24,870 nucleotides of DNA from a virus. Under the pieces are notes generated by a model, which saw only the letters and a list, made by a program, of their open reading frames with translations, ran no database searches and had not been told where the DNA came from. Positions 1 through 8,241 of this stretch are shown here, piece after piece. The DNA is taken from positions 1 through 24,870 of the IMG/VR virus record IMGVR_UViG_3300017989_000050. One strand, written 5' to 3'. The stretch's first letter is position 1. Each line of letters starts with the position of its first letter. Made by a program: the position numbers and the translations under genes.

Positions 1-123
1 AACTCCCCCGGCCGCATCCTGCAAAATCTCCCAGACCTCATCGCCAAGGATCTCCTTGCATGCGTCCCTCTTGTCCGCGGGCACCTTGTCGAAAATGGTC
101 TTGAGCCGAGAAGAATACGTCCC
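1..123. repeat. terminal direct repeat, left copy (circular closure / terminal redundancy)
   Basis: 1-123 is identical base for base to 24748-24870. Confidence 0.97.
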
Positions 124-876
124 CTCAAACGCTCCCGACGGGACGCCCATCTTCGATCGCAGGTAGTCCTCCAAGATGCCCTCTCCCACACCAATCAGCT
201 TCTGGAACAGGAGGTCCGTTCGGGCTGCGTTGCGCTCGTCCGATGCCATGCGTTCCGCGTGTTCGCGGGCTTCTCGTTTTTCTTGGTTGTCGAGCCGCAT
301 CGCCTCAACCAGGCCGGCGTTGTTGTCGGCAAGCTGGCTGCTCAGTTCGACGGTCTGCCGTACGACCTTGTGCACGAGCTCGACCGCCTCTTTCCAATGC
401 CCGTGAGCGTCTTCCGCAGCGCGCCGTAGAACGTCCTTGTCGGCGGCGTCCTCGACAAGCTTCGACTGCGTTGCGGCCTTCCTGGGGTCGAGCTGCGCAA
501 TTTCGTCGTCGTCGTGGTCGTTGAAGTCGAGCTGATGCACCCAAAGGATCTTCGACGTCTCCCCGGACTGACTCTCTCCAAGGGCAACAACGCGGACGAC
601 TCGCTTCCCATCGTGCCTGTCGTAGACCTCGTGAGCCATCGCGACCAATGCGGCCGCGCCTCCCTCAGGCGACACGTTCTCTCGCTTGTCCGGCATCGCG
701 ATCCCGCGTCCGGTCTCTCGCCAGTGCGGCCCGCTCTTGAACTCGATCGTGCATCGCTCGGTGTAGGTCCATTTCGTCCTCAGCTTCGCCGCAACTCGCG
801 CGGCAAGGAAACGGTCGAGAGACGAGGCGCCGTCTTCGGCGTCGGTCAGTAAGGTCCAGCTTTCAGCGGTAGACAT
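1..876 (-). CDS. hypothetical acidic coiled-coil protein: first 292 codons of a 342-aa gene that crosses the circular junction (continues 24747..24595)
   Basis: ATG at complement 876-874. My codon-by-codon translation (MSTAESWTLLTDAEDGASSLDRFLAARVAAKLRTKW...) has no stop down to base 1. The frame continues ...KVPADKRDACKEILGDEVWEILQDAAGGV|SDEAF..., matching track ORF 24595..24831. It is missing from the ORF track because it runs off the window edge. The central part is charged and helical (EKREAREHAERMASDERNAARTD). Confidence 0.7.
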   Translation of the reverse strand, partial: MSTAESWTLLTDAEDGASSLDRFLAARVAAKLRTKWTYTERCTIEFKSGPHWRETGRGIAMPDKRENVSPEGGAAALVAMAHEVYDRHDGKRVVRVVALGESQSGETSKILWVHQLDFNDHDDDEIAQLDPRKAATQSKLVEDAADKDVLRRAAEDAHGHWKEAVELVHKVVRQTVELSSQLADNNAGLVEAMRLDNQEKREAREHAERMASDERNAARTDLLFQKLIGVGEGILEDYLRSKMGVPSGAFEGTYSSRLKTIFDKVPADKRDACKEILGDEVWEILQDAAGGV

Positions 877-1108
877 GGCTTGTCTTCTGTCTTGGGTACT
901 CGTTTGGGTTCGATTTTGGGTTCGGGGTTGCCTCTTCTCCCTTCGAAAACGGCGCCGCAGCGGCCGTAGGTCGACATCTCGGACCCCAAAAATGCACCAA
1001 AAAACAAGGCAACGCACCACCTATCATGGTGGACGGTCCATAAAGTTGGGTCGCATGGTGTTTGCGTTGGCCCGGCGACATGCCCGAGGCCCCAAACGCA
1101 GGTTTCAG
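877..1108. promoter_or_regulatory. divergent intergenic control region between the minus-strand operon and the + strand late operon
   Basis: 232 bp between two divergent start codons. It is less GC-rich than the flanks. It has three ~12-bp phased repeats (TCTTGGGTACTCG / TTTGGGTTCGAT / TTTGGGTTCGGG, 889-926), A-tracts (984-1005), and a TATCAT hexamer (1022-1027) inside the partial palindrome CCACC-TATCAT-GGTGG. Confidence 0.5.
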
Positions 1109-1438
1109 ATGTCGTCGATCAAGAAGTTCGAAGAGAAGGCCGCCCGTCAGTCCGCCAAGAAGCGGGCCGAAAAGATGCAACTACAAGAGTTCATCGCCGG
1201 TTTTGCGATGGGAGCGGCCGAGGGGTTCGCCGAAAAACAGGGGATGAGCCTGGTCACCGACGGTATCGGGCCGTTGAAGTTCTCGTACGTCCAAGCGGGC
1301 CTCGGCTACTACCTGGCCACGAAAAAGAGCGGAAAGCTTCGCGAGGCCGGCTCCGCCGCCGCGGTGATCGGGCTCTACAAGATCGGCAAAGACATCGGGA
1401 CGAACTTCGAGCTCGGCGGATTCCTCGGCGGCAGCTAG
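1109..1438 (+). CDS. small basic / Gly-Ala-rich hypothetical protein (109 aa), first gene of the late operon
   Basis: ATG 1109 is in frame with track ORF 875..1438. The 875-1108 part of that ORF lies in the repeat-bearing intergenic region and is Arg/Trp-rich and junk-like. The product has a Lys-rich N-terminal helix (SSIKKFEEKAARQSAKKRAEK), then Gly/Ala-rich hydrophobic segments. Confidence 0.55.
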   Translation: MSSIKKFEEKAARQSAKKRAEKMQLQEFIAGFAMGAAEGFAEKQGMSLVTDGIGPLKFSYVQAGLGYYLATKKSGKLREAGSAAAVIGLYKIGKDIGTNFELGGFLGGS

Positions 1439-1548
1439 CCGCTCGCGCGCACATTCAGAAGTTCCCGGACGTCGCACCGGGGGACCAAGGCGACCCTCCC
1501 GGACCCCACGGCCGGGGCAACAAGCGTGGGTTCACGGAGCACACAGCC

Positions 1549-2211
1549 ATGAGACTCATCCAAGAAGCACTGTCCCCCAACGTCCAAGAGGCGATCCGTT
1601 TGCAGCACCGCGGCGCAGCGCCGCGTGCCCGGTTCGGCATCGGTGGAGGCTGCACGCCTCGCACCGCGACTCCCCCGCCCGGTTCGAGCAACTGCCCGAG
1701 TCCTCCTGTGGTCCCCGGTTGCATCCGCCCCGGACGCACCTGTGATGTGTCGCGTGTCGGCGCAACCCAGGTTGTCACCGGCGGCCAGCCGTTCAGCATC
1801 ATCATCGAGCCCACGCGGGTCACTTGGTTTCAGCCGCTTGGCGTTCGGTGTGTCATCACCGACCTGTCGAACAGCGACCTGAGCCACCGTGTGTTCTTCA
1901 CGGGCGTGACGATCAACGAGACCCCGCAAGAGTCGGTGAACAACATCACCCCGACGGCTCCCGCAGCCGCGGGCGATCGTATCGACGGCTGGTGGTCGGA
2001 CGATTGGATCGACCCCGACGGCTACGCCGTCCCCGTGGGCTGGGGGTGGATCTCTCGAGAGAGCAACACCAACCAGCTCAAGGTCCACGGAATCGCCCTT
2101 GGCATTCCGAACACCACGGACGTCTTGCTCTCGGTGTCGTTGTACGGAAACGGGGCGAACAGCGTACCCGCCGGCATCGCCGATTCAACCCAGCCGCGCT
2201 ACCGCCCCTAG
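1549..2211 (+). CDS. hypothetical beta-rich structural protein (capsid candidate), 220 aa
   Basis: Track ORF with GGAG about 10 nt upstream of the ATG and G/C-dominated third codon positions. The N-terminus is Pro/Cys-containing. The body is beta-type and Trp-rich (VFFTGVTINE, DGWWSDDWIDPDGYAVPVGWGWISRE). Confidence 0.65.
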   Translation: MRLIQEALSPNVQEAIRLQHRGAAPRARFGIGGGCTPRTATPPPGSSNCPSPPVVPGCIRPGRTCDVSRVGATQVVTGGQPFSIIIEPTRVTWFQPLGVRCVITDLSNSDLSHRVFFTGVTINETPQESVNNITPTAPAAAGDRIDGWWSDDWIDPDGYAVPVGWGWISRESNTNQLKVHGIALGIPNTTDVLLSVSLYGNGANSVPAGIADSTQPRYRP

Positions 2212-2234
2212 GAGCCATCAGGGGCCTCGTTACC

Positions 2235-3017
2235 ATGGAGAAGACCGAAGACGTCGGGCGTTCAACGTGCGGGTCATCGCGCGAGCGCATCCACGTCTTC
2301 GGCTCGTACGGGGACCCCGCGGCACCGTTGACGTGGCCCAGCTACGGCAAGACCGTTCCGGCCACGTGGGGTGTACAGCACGACTGCCCGCGGCTCTGGC
2401 TCGTATCAGGTCGCGGCTGGTCGGTGCAACGCTTCGACGCCAACAACGCCTTGGCTCCCCTTGCGGCGTCTCGCGTGGCGGACGGGACGAGTCGGCCCAT
2501 GGCGAAGCTTGCAATCCAAGTCGCAGGGATGGCGGTCGGCAAACAGCCGATCGTCATCGACGCGGACCAGACGATCGAGCTCTACGCCCAGTCTCTGAGC
2601 GTCGCTGCCCTCGTGCCGGTGACCGTCGATGAGGTCCGCTCGACGTCTTCGCTCGAGGTCCCCGCTGGACAGATTGCCGTCGACGACCTCTTGGGTGTCG
2701 CCATCGAAGGCATCCAGGCTCCGATCGGGGCCAAGACCGCGACGCTGACTCAGTACGTTGTGGCGCCGGCAAACACCGTGACATCGGTACCGGTCCCGCG
2801 CGCCGCAAAATCGGTCTTGGTGTCACCTGCCGACCTCGCGGCCCCGGGCGCCTGGACATGGCACGTGGGAGACCCCGCAGTCCTGGCGTCATCGCTCACC
2901 GTTGGGTCGTTTGCCCCCTCCGATGAATCCCTGCGCGTACCCGCCGCAACGCATCTGAGCGTCGCTGCCGACCCCGCAGTCCGAATCTTCGCCATCACCT
3001 GGACCATCGCGCCATGA
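2235..3017 (+). CDS. hypothetical beta-rich structural protein (capsid candidate), 260 aa
   Basis: ATG 2235 lies inside track ORF 1824..3017. The upstream 137 codons overlap the previous gene out of frame and are Arg-rich. The sequence is rich in Val/Ala/Ser/Thr. Its stop overlaps the next start (ATGA at 3014). Confidence 0.6.
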   Translation: MEKTEDVGRSTCGSSRERIHVFGSYGDPAAPLTWPSYGKTVPATWGVQHDCPRLWLVSGRGWSVQRFDANNALAPLAASRVADGTSRPMAKLAIQVAGMAVGKQPIVIDADQTIELYAQSLSVAALVPVTVDEVRSTSSLEVPAGQIAVDDLLGVAIEGIQAPIGAKTATLTQYVVAPANTVTSVPVPRAAKSVLVSPADLAAPGAWTWHVGDPAVLASSLTVGSFAPSDESLRVPAATHLSVAADPAVRIFAITWTIAP

Positions 3018-3544
3018 ACAACCTTCAAGCTCAGCTCAACCCCGGGACCTTCCTCGCCTCGTTGCTCTTCTCTGCCGGCCTGGATGCCGCGCTTTACGGA
3101 GCGGTCGACACCACCGTGATGCGGTTCGTGGGGACCGGCTCCCCGATGGGGACCGGCCTCGCGCAAGTGACCACGGCCGACAACGGAACGATCGTGACGG
3201 TGAGTCGCGCGGGCCTGTACGCCGTGCAGCTGCGCGGCAACAACACGGCCAACGGAACCCTGATCACGGGCATCACGGTCAACTGCGACGCCTTCGCGTT
3301 GACCAACCCTCCGAACTTCGGCACCGCGGGGACGCGAGACGTCGACGTGACCGAGGGGCAAGATGCGGCGGGCAACGGCGCCTCGTGTGCCCTGACCAGC
3401 CTTGTATCGGTGAGCAACGCCGACATTCGGGCAGGCATCGCGGCAGGGGCTGCCGGTGCGCAGCTTCGCGTGCACGGCAGCGGCGGCGGCATCTCGCAAG
3501 GCACCGCGTCCCTTCAGATCCGCCGAGTCCAGTCCACGTTCTAG
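3014..3544 (+). CDS. hypothetical small beta-rich protein, jelly-roll / C1q-TNF-like appearance, 176 aa
   Basis: ATGA overlap with the upstream gene. Composition is rich in Gly/Thr/Asn/Ala, with alternating patterns (GLYAVQLRGNNTANGTLITGITVNCDAF, AQLRVHGSGGGISQGTASLQIRRV). Confidence 0.65.
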   Translation: MNNLQAQLNPGTFLASLLFSAGLDAALYGAVDTTVMRFVGTGSPMGTGLAQVTTADNGTIVTVSRAGLYAVQLRGNNTANGTLITGITVNCDAFALTNPPNFGTAGTRDVDVTEGQDAAGNGASCALTSLVSVSNADIRAGIAAGAAGAQLRVHGSGGGISQGTASLQIRRVQSTF

Positions 3545-3556
3545 GAGGCCCTCTCG

Positions 3557-3991
3557 ATGCTCTATGGAGTCCGCTTGCGCAGCGAAGAAGCGCCCTCTCA
3601 GGCGTTCTTGGAAGCTGCGATCGAAGAGGTGACCCGCGGAAATGTGGGCTACTTCTTCGAGGAATGGCAAGCCGGGAGGGAGCCCCCCTGCTGTCTTGGG
3701 TGCGCGGAGATTCGCCATCTCCCCGACGAGCCCGCCGCGGTGACTGAAATCGTGGGCGCTCGAGACGTCCTCACCAGGGGGGCTGCATCTTGCCAGTCTG
3801 CGGCGGCGTACTACGCAGGCCGTGAGAGGGCTCTGGCGCTCTGGAACGGAGCGGACCCCCAGACGGCAGAGGTCCAGCACCGCGTGGTGCTCGAGCCGCG
3901 GCATCACCCGCACGCCCCGGAGGGGTACTGGCACGCGCTCGTCGTCACGCCCGAAGGCGTGAAGGACGTCACTGAGGAAATGGACACCTGA
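3557..3991 (+). CDS. hypothetical protein, possible transglutaminase-like / papain-like Cys peptidase core, 144 aa
   Basis: AGGAGG 9 nt upstream of the ATG. The order Cys...His...Asp (GAASCQSAAAYYAG ... YWHALVVTPEGVKDVT) resembles the transglutaminase-core arrangement. This is a motif-level guess only. Confidence 0.55.
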   Translation: MLYGVRLRSEEAPSQAFLEAAIEEVTRGNVGYFFEEWQAGREPPCCLGCAEIRHLPDEPAAVTEIVGARDVLTRGAASCQSAAAYYAGRERALALWNGADPQTAEVQHRVVLEPRHHPHAPEGYWHALVVTPEGVKDVTEEMDT

Positions 3992-4662
3992 TGCTCGCCC
4001 TACTCTTCGTGCTTCTCCTCGGTATGTCCGGATCGCGTCGCAGCGGTGCGAAGAAACTCCCCCCTCCCCCGACGCCCGACCCGAAAAAACTCCGGGAGCG
4101 GGTCTGCGCGCTCGTAGCCGCGGGGCACTTCGTCGACGGCATGCTTCCGCTTCTGCTGCGCGAGCTCTACCCCGCGGTGTCGTGGCCGGCGGGAGAGGAG
4201 TGGGACCGCAAGGACGTCGGCGCACTTCCGGTCGATGACCGCGCGAAGTACGACGCGACCAAAAAGGAACTGGATCGTCTCCTCAAACGAAACAAGTTCA
4301 TCGCCGAGTGCACCGATGCGATGACCCCCTACGCGGAAGGGGGCGTGGCGATCCGGGACGGCGACTACGTCGCGACGTGGCGCTACGACCACCGCATCGA
4401 CGACCCTGGCGGCAACCTCCGCTTCGACGATTTGGATGTCGCCCGAACCGCGTTGCTTCGAGCCCTGTACTTCTTCGGAGCCCCGGTCTCCGAGGCGGAC
4501 ACGTTCGTCGAAGCGTCGATGCTGCCGTCCGGCGTGCGCCGCTCGATTTGGGCGATGCCCGGCGGCGGGTACCGAGTCGTAATCGTTCTCGAGGATGACA
4601 GCTCGGCGGGGTACCAAGCGGCGACGCTTGACGATGCGCGCGCGATCGAAGGTGGCGGATGA
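3991..4662 (+). CDS. membrane-anchored hypothetical protein, 223 aa
   Basis: TGATG overlap with the upstream gene. N-terminal TM segment (LALLFVLLLGM) followed by a basic Pro-rich linker (KKLPPPPTPDPKK). Confidence 0.7.
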   Translation: MLALLFVLLLGMSGSRRSGAKKLPPPPTPDPKKLRERVCALVAAGHFVDGMLPLLLRELYPAVSWPAGEEWDRKDVGALPVDDRAKYDATKKELDRLLKRNKFIAECTDAMTPYAEGGVAIRDGDYVATWRYDHRIDDPGGNLRFDDLDVARTALLRALYFFGAPVSEADTFVEASMLPSGVRRSIWAMPGGGYRVVIVLEDDSSAGYQAATLDDARAIEGGG

Positions 4663-5495
4663 AGACCGAGGAAGTCGGCATCGTCGCGCTCTTGCTGCTC
4701 CTGTTCGCGTCGGGGTCAGGGGGAGAACCGCCCAACAAGGGGCCCGACAAAATCAAGCCGCCGCCCCAGCCCGACCCCGGGCCGGAGCCGGTCGAACCGG
4801 TCGAGCCTACGCCGGAAGTCGTCGACCCGCCGATCGACGAAATCACGAACACGGATTGGCCGGTGCCCGGTCACTTCTACGTCGTGCGTCCGGCGCAAGA
4901 CGGGGAAAAAGGCGACACCGGTCTACGCATCGCAAAACGAGCGCTCGCAGACGCGGCCTTCCGAGCTGCCAAAGAGTTCTTGGGCGCATCCGACGATGGC
5001 GCACGCGAGTTCGCCAAAGCCTACTCGAGCGACGGTCCCCGTCAGTACGCCTACCTCGACAAAATCACCTGCGAGTCCTGGAACGACGCGACCGTGACCA
5101 CGTACGGCTACGGCGACAAGGCCCGGGCGGCGCCTCTTAGTGGTCGGGCGATCCGGCTTCTCCCTCAGCACGCAGACAACCTGTCGCGACTTCGCCAGGG
5201 AAAGCGGGCCGTTCGTGAGATGCACTTCGGCAAGAGTAGCGACCGCACCAACGGAGTCCGACGAGGCGGCGGCGGCGATCGCCACGAGACCCTCTATCTC
5301 CCGGGCGTCGACCTGGCGCCGATCATTGAAGGGAAGCTGGCCATCGGCGGCGGAACGTGGCCCGACGGGAGCTCAAAGGCGCACCCCCCCAAGTGGGTGC
5401 TCGATCTCGGCGTGCGCGACCGTTCAAAGTCCGTCACGAGGGGGAACCTGCTTCGCGGTTGCGGAGACAAGGTGAAAGTTGAGGTGGTGCGGTGA
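4659..5495 (+). CDS. membrane-anchored protein with a TonB-like Pro-rich spacer, 278 aa
   Basis: ATGA overlap. N-terminal TM segment (VGIVALLLLLFASG), then PPNKGPDKIKPPPQPDPGPEPVEPVEPTPEVVDPP, then a globular domain. Confidence 0.7.
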   Translation: MKTEEVGIVALLLLLFASGSGGEPPNKGPDKIKPPPQPDPGPEPVEPVEPTPEVVDPPIDEITNTDWPVPGHFYVVRPAQDGEKGDTGLRIAKRALADAAFRAAKEFLGASDDGAREFAKAYSSDGPRQYAYLDKITCESWNDATVTTYGYGDKARAAPLSGRAIRLLPQHADNLSRLRQGKRAVREMHFGKSSDRTNGVRRGGGGDRHETLYLPGVDLAPIIEGKLAIGGGTWPDGSSKAHPPKWVLDLGVRDRSKSVTRGNLLRGCGDKVKVEVVR

Positions 5496-5992
5496 GCTGC
5501 TCAAAAGCATACAGGGACCTGGTGGTCACCCACGGTGGCCTGACGATCGACAATCAGACCGGCTTCGTTCCAAGTCACTTCGACTACGATGAGTGGTTGG
5601 CGCTTGCCCGGCGTCTGGGCCTCCGAGCCTTCACGCACCTCGAGCGGCTCAAGACGACCGCGCCGGAGGCCGGGGAGCTTCGTCAGCAATACGAAGGACT
5701 CGAGGCTCAGTTCCAGTCGCTGCGCGCGCGGTACGAGGCGCTGCCTTCGATCTGGACGTGCTGCTTTATGTACGAGGACACGACGCGCAACATCGGCGAC
5801 GCCGCGTCACTGTGCATCGAGACCGCGTGCTTGATGGAGGAGATCGACAAGGTCATCTCCCGCGCCGGCGCGTCGCCGCCGGTTGAACCTCCCACCCACG
5901 GGAGTGCGACGAAGCCCAAAACCGTCATCGCCGGAGCGGGGACGCTCGCGCTTGCGCTCGGCGCTGCCTATCTCTGGTTCAAGTCGAAGTGA
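5492..5992 (+). CDS. tail-anchored membrane protein, 166 aa
   Basis: GTGA overlap. Helical N-terminal part and a C-terminal TM segment (VIAGAGTLALALGAAYLWF). Confidence 0.65.
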   Translation: MSCSKAYRDLVVTHGGLTIDNQTGFVPSHFDYDEWLALARRLGLRAFTHLERLKTTAPEAGELRQQYEGLEAQFQSLRARYEALPSIWTCCFMYEDTTRNIGDAASLCIETACLMEEIDKVISRAGASPPVEPPTHGSATKPKTVIAGAGTLALALGAAYLWFKSK

Positions 5993-6477
5993 TGAGCGGA
6001 CTCTGGCTACTGCTGCTGCTCGTGCTCGCTTCCCGCGGGCGTGGATCGAGCGTGCCCGCCGACGGCAAAAAGAAGGACGGGGGGCGCTTCTGGGACTCTT
6101 CCGGTGGCTCAACGTTCGGAGGCTTTGACTTCGCCGGGAACGGCATCGAAGTCGACGAGGAGTGCGGAGCCGTTGCCGAAGGACGTTGGTTCTTCCCCTT
6201 CGACTGGGCGACGGTGAACACGCGAGCCGAAGAGGCCGACACGGTCGGAGGAACACTCGCGATCGGCCGAGACAATACCGTCTTGGGCTTCATCGACTAC
6301 CTCACCGACACCGAAGGGGTGACAGAGCCGGAGGTCATCGCGGCAAGGATCCTCGAAGAGGTCGCCCCCACGTGCGCCACGGCACCAGTGGACAGCTGGC
6401 GGCCAGCAATGCGGGCTTGGTACGGATCTCTCACCGAACGGGTCACGGCCTACGTGGGGCAGGACTTGATCGGATGA
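5992..6477 (+). CDS. secreted / membrane-anchored hypothetical protein, 161 aa
   Basis: ATG 5992 overlaps the upstream TGA (GTG 5989 is also possible). N-terminal hydrophobic segment (GLWLLLLLVLAS). Confidence 0.65.
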   Translation: MSGLWLLLLLVLASRGRGSSVPADGKKKDGGRFWDSSGGSTFGGFDFAGNGIEVDEECGAVAEGRWFFPFDWATVNTRAEEADTVGGTLAIGRDNTVLGFIDYLTDTEGVTEPEVIAARILEEVAPTCATAPVDSWRPAMRAWYGSLTERVTAYVGQDLIG

Positions 6478-7208
6478 AAGCTCGCGCTGGAATCGGAATC
6501 GCGCTGCTCGCCGCGCTGACGCTCTTGGCGAACTCGCCGAGCGACCCCGGCACGCCGTCGACGCGGCCGCCCGGCGGCGCAAAGCTGGTCCGCGAGCTCG
6601 GCCAGCGCGGAGGGATGACGGCGGGGCAGATCGACTTCCTCACGTTCGTTGCATACGGAGAGTCGGGGTTGAAGCCCGACGTGGGGCTTGGGGACGCGGC
6701 ACTGTTCCCGCCGGGGACGCGGCCGAACACGAAGGCCAGTCAGTCGTTGCAGGTCGCAGAGGCTTACGCTGCCCGCAAAGCCTACGACCGAAACCGCGGG
6801 TGGCTGGGCAGCTGCCCGCATCCCGAGTCCGCGTATGCGTTTGGCAGTGGCGGCTTGTTCGCATTTCTCCCCGTCTACGCGCTCGCACAGTTCAAGGGTA
6901 CGGCGCTCGAGTGCGCGTCTCCGTACTCCGTCTTCGATCCCGCTTTCGCGATGGCGGCGGCGTACGGGTTCGCGCGCGGACTGACGATGCGCGCGGGCTT
7001 CCTCGGCACGTGGGAGTCGCTGCGCTCCGGCTGGGGACTCCCCTCGGCGATGGATGACCTTGAGCGCATCGCGAAGAAGTCCGACAAATGGAAGCGGCAG
7101 CTCAACGCGGTGGGGTTGCCCGCCTCTCGGCTCAAGGCTGAGGCACCCGCGTTCCCAAGGCGCGATCTGGTCGAGCTGTACCAGGGCATGGGTGGGGGGA
7201 ACGCATGA
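6474..7208 (+). CDS. putative lytic transglycosylase (SLT-like) with signal peptide, 244 aa
   Basis: ATGA overlap at 6474 inside track ORF 6162..7208. Signal-like N-terminus (GIGIALLAALTLLA). Glu-Ser catalytic-type motif FVAYGESGLKPDV followed by GSGGLFAFL and AAAYGFARG, as in goose-type/SLT domains. Confidence 0.5.
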   Translation: MKARAGIGIALLAALTLLANSPSDPGTPSTRPPGGAKLVRELGQRGGMTAGQIDFLTFVAYGESGLKPDVGLGDAALFPPGTRPNTKASQSLQVAEAYAARKAYDRNRGWLGSCPHPESAYAFGSGGLFAFLPVYALAQFKGTALECASPYSVFDPAFAMAAAYGFARGLTMRAGFLGTWESLRSGWGLPSAMDDLERIAKKSDKWKRQLNAVGLPASRLKAEAPAFPRRDLVELYQGMGGGNA

Positions 7209-7318
7209 CATTCGACGAAGACGCGAAGCCCAGCAACTACGTGGCGCGAGGGTTCTACTTCGCGATCGGTACGTGGATTTTCTGGTCGCTGGCCAACGCC
7301 CTCACGGAGGACGACTGA
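7205..7318 (+). CDS. 37-aa single-TM miniprotein (below the ORF-track size cut-off)
   Basis: The ATG at 7205 overlaps the upstream TGA (ATGA), and its own TGA (7316-7318) overlaps the next ATG (TGATG). Product MTFDEDAKPSNYVARGFYFAIGTWIFWSLANALTEDD has one hydrophobic helix. It exactly fills the gap between two coupled genes. Confidence 0.55.
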   Translation: MTFDEDAKPSNYVARGFYFAIGTWIFWSLANALTEDD

Positions 7319-8241
7319 TGCCTGCTTCGAAGTCCGGCAGCCGCGCCACATACCCGAGCGGAAAAGCTGCGGCGCGAGAGTTCTACGGGGAGAATGCCGC
7401 GTTCTTCGACAACGTTCGGGACCCGGTCGACGGTGTGCGCGACTTCCTGGATGGGCTCAACGACAGGCGTGGGCGTCGCGTGTCAGAGACAACGGCCGGG
7501 CGAAAAATCCTAGCCGAACGCTCTGGGCGGAAGATGATCGAAGGCGCTTTGGCGCTTGTGTTCGCGCAGCCGCGGCGAAAACGCTGGGACGCTGTGGATT
7601 GGCACGAGGTCCGCCGACTTGAGGAATCGCTCTCACCGTTCTACGAACCGTACGGCCAAAGGTCAGCCCAATCGCCAACCCTCGTGTGGAAGCCGTTGGC
7701 CGCAGTTACGGACGAGGATGTCGGGTCTCTCGCTCCCGAGGTCGCAAACCTCTACTACGCGCAGAAGCACAAAAAGAATCTGCGGGAGCTGGTCTCGCGT
7801 CTGTCCTCCACGTTTGAGGCGCGCAAGGGATGCCTGACCCCGCCCCAGCGAAAACACGTGAAGGCCCGAATCCGCGAGTGGACGCGTTGGGCAAAGGACC
7901 CCGCCCGGGTTCCGGCCTACGCATGCGATCCGGACCCAAAGTCGGGCGGGATGCTTTGCGACTACCCCAGAATCGAAGGCGAGCTGGCGCGACTGCGCGA
8001 TGCGTGCCGCAGTAAGTACGATCCCGAGTGGATCGAGCTCGAGCGCGGTCGGCCTGGTTTTCAAGAGCCGCTACGTGCCGACGAACAGCCTTTGCTGCCG
8101 GTCGAGGCGTTCGAGGACGAAGCGCCGAAGGAGCCATGCACAGTGAAAGAGGCGGCAGGGGTGATGGGGCGCCACGCCGCCAGGAGACGCCAACGCAAGC
8201 CAAGACGCCCGCAGGTGATCATGGGGAGGCTAGTCACGTGA
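7318..8241 (+). CDS. hypothetical basic protein, 307 aa
   Basis: ATG 7318 inside track ORF 7054..8241 (TGATG coupling). Charged and helical, with a strongly basic C-terminus ([16 protein letters not shown]). Confidence 0.65.
   Translation: MPASKSGSRATYPSGKAAAREFYGENAAFFDNVRDPVDGVRDFLDGLNDRRGRRVSETTAGRKILAERSGRKMIEGALALVFAQPRRKRWDAVDWHEVRRLEESLSPFYEPYGQRSAQSPTLVWKPLAAVTDEDVGSLAPEVANLYYAQKHKKNLRELVSRLSSTFEARKGCLTPPQRKHVKARIREWTRWAKDPARVPAYACDPDPKSGGMLCDYPRIEGELARLRDACRSKYDPEWIELERGRPGFQEPLRADEQPLLPVEAFEDEAPKEPCTVKEAAGVMGRHAARRRQRKPRRPQVIMGRLVT

Noticed and set aside
875-1108. N-terminal extension of the first late gene (track ORF starts at 875: MACLLSWVLVWVRFWV...)
   Set aside because: The extension starts one base from the divergent gene's ATG, reads through the phased repeats and A-tracts of the intergenic region, and is Arg/Trp-rich. 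ATG 1109 gives a sensible product.
1824-2234. Upstream 137 codons of track ORF 1824..3017, and similar 5' extensions at 6162..6473, 7054..7317, 8028..8237, 8863..9096, 12872..13147, 21688..21840, 22272..22400 and 22766..22846
   Set aside because: Each extension overlaps the preceding well-supported gene in another frame and is Arg-rich. In each case an internal ATG or GTG sits exactly at a start-stop overlap or behind an SD.
2750-4225. 491-aa minus-strand ORF, and similar long antisense ORFs at 19806..21164 (452 aa), 12953..14044 (363 aa), 18029..18877, 6450..7211 and 11345..12163
   Set aside because: These are Arg/Pro/Gly/Ala-dominated products lying antisense to well-supported + strand genes. 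Such shadow ORFs are expected in GC-rich DNA because stop codons are rare. None has an SD-led start or a recognisable motif.
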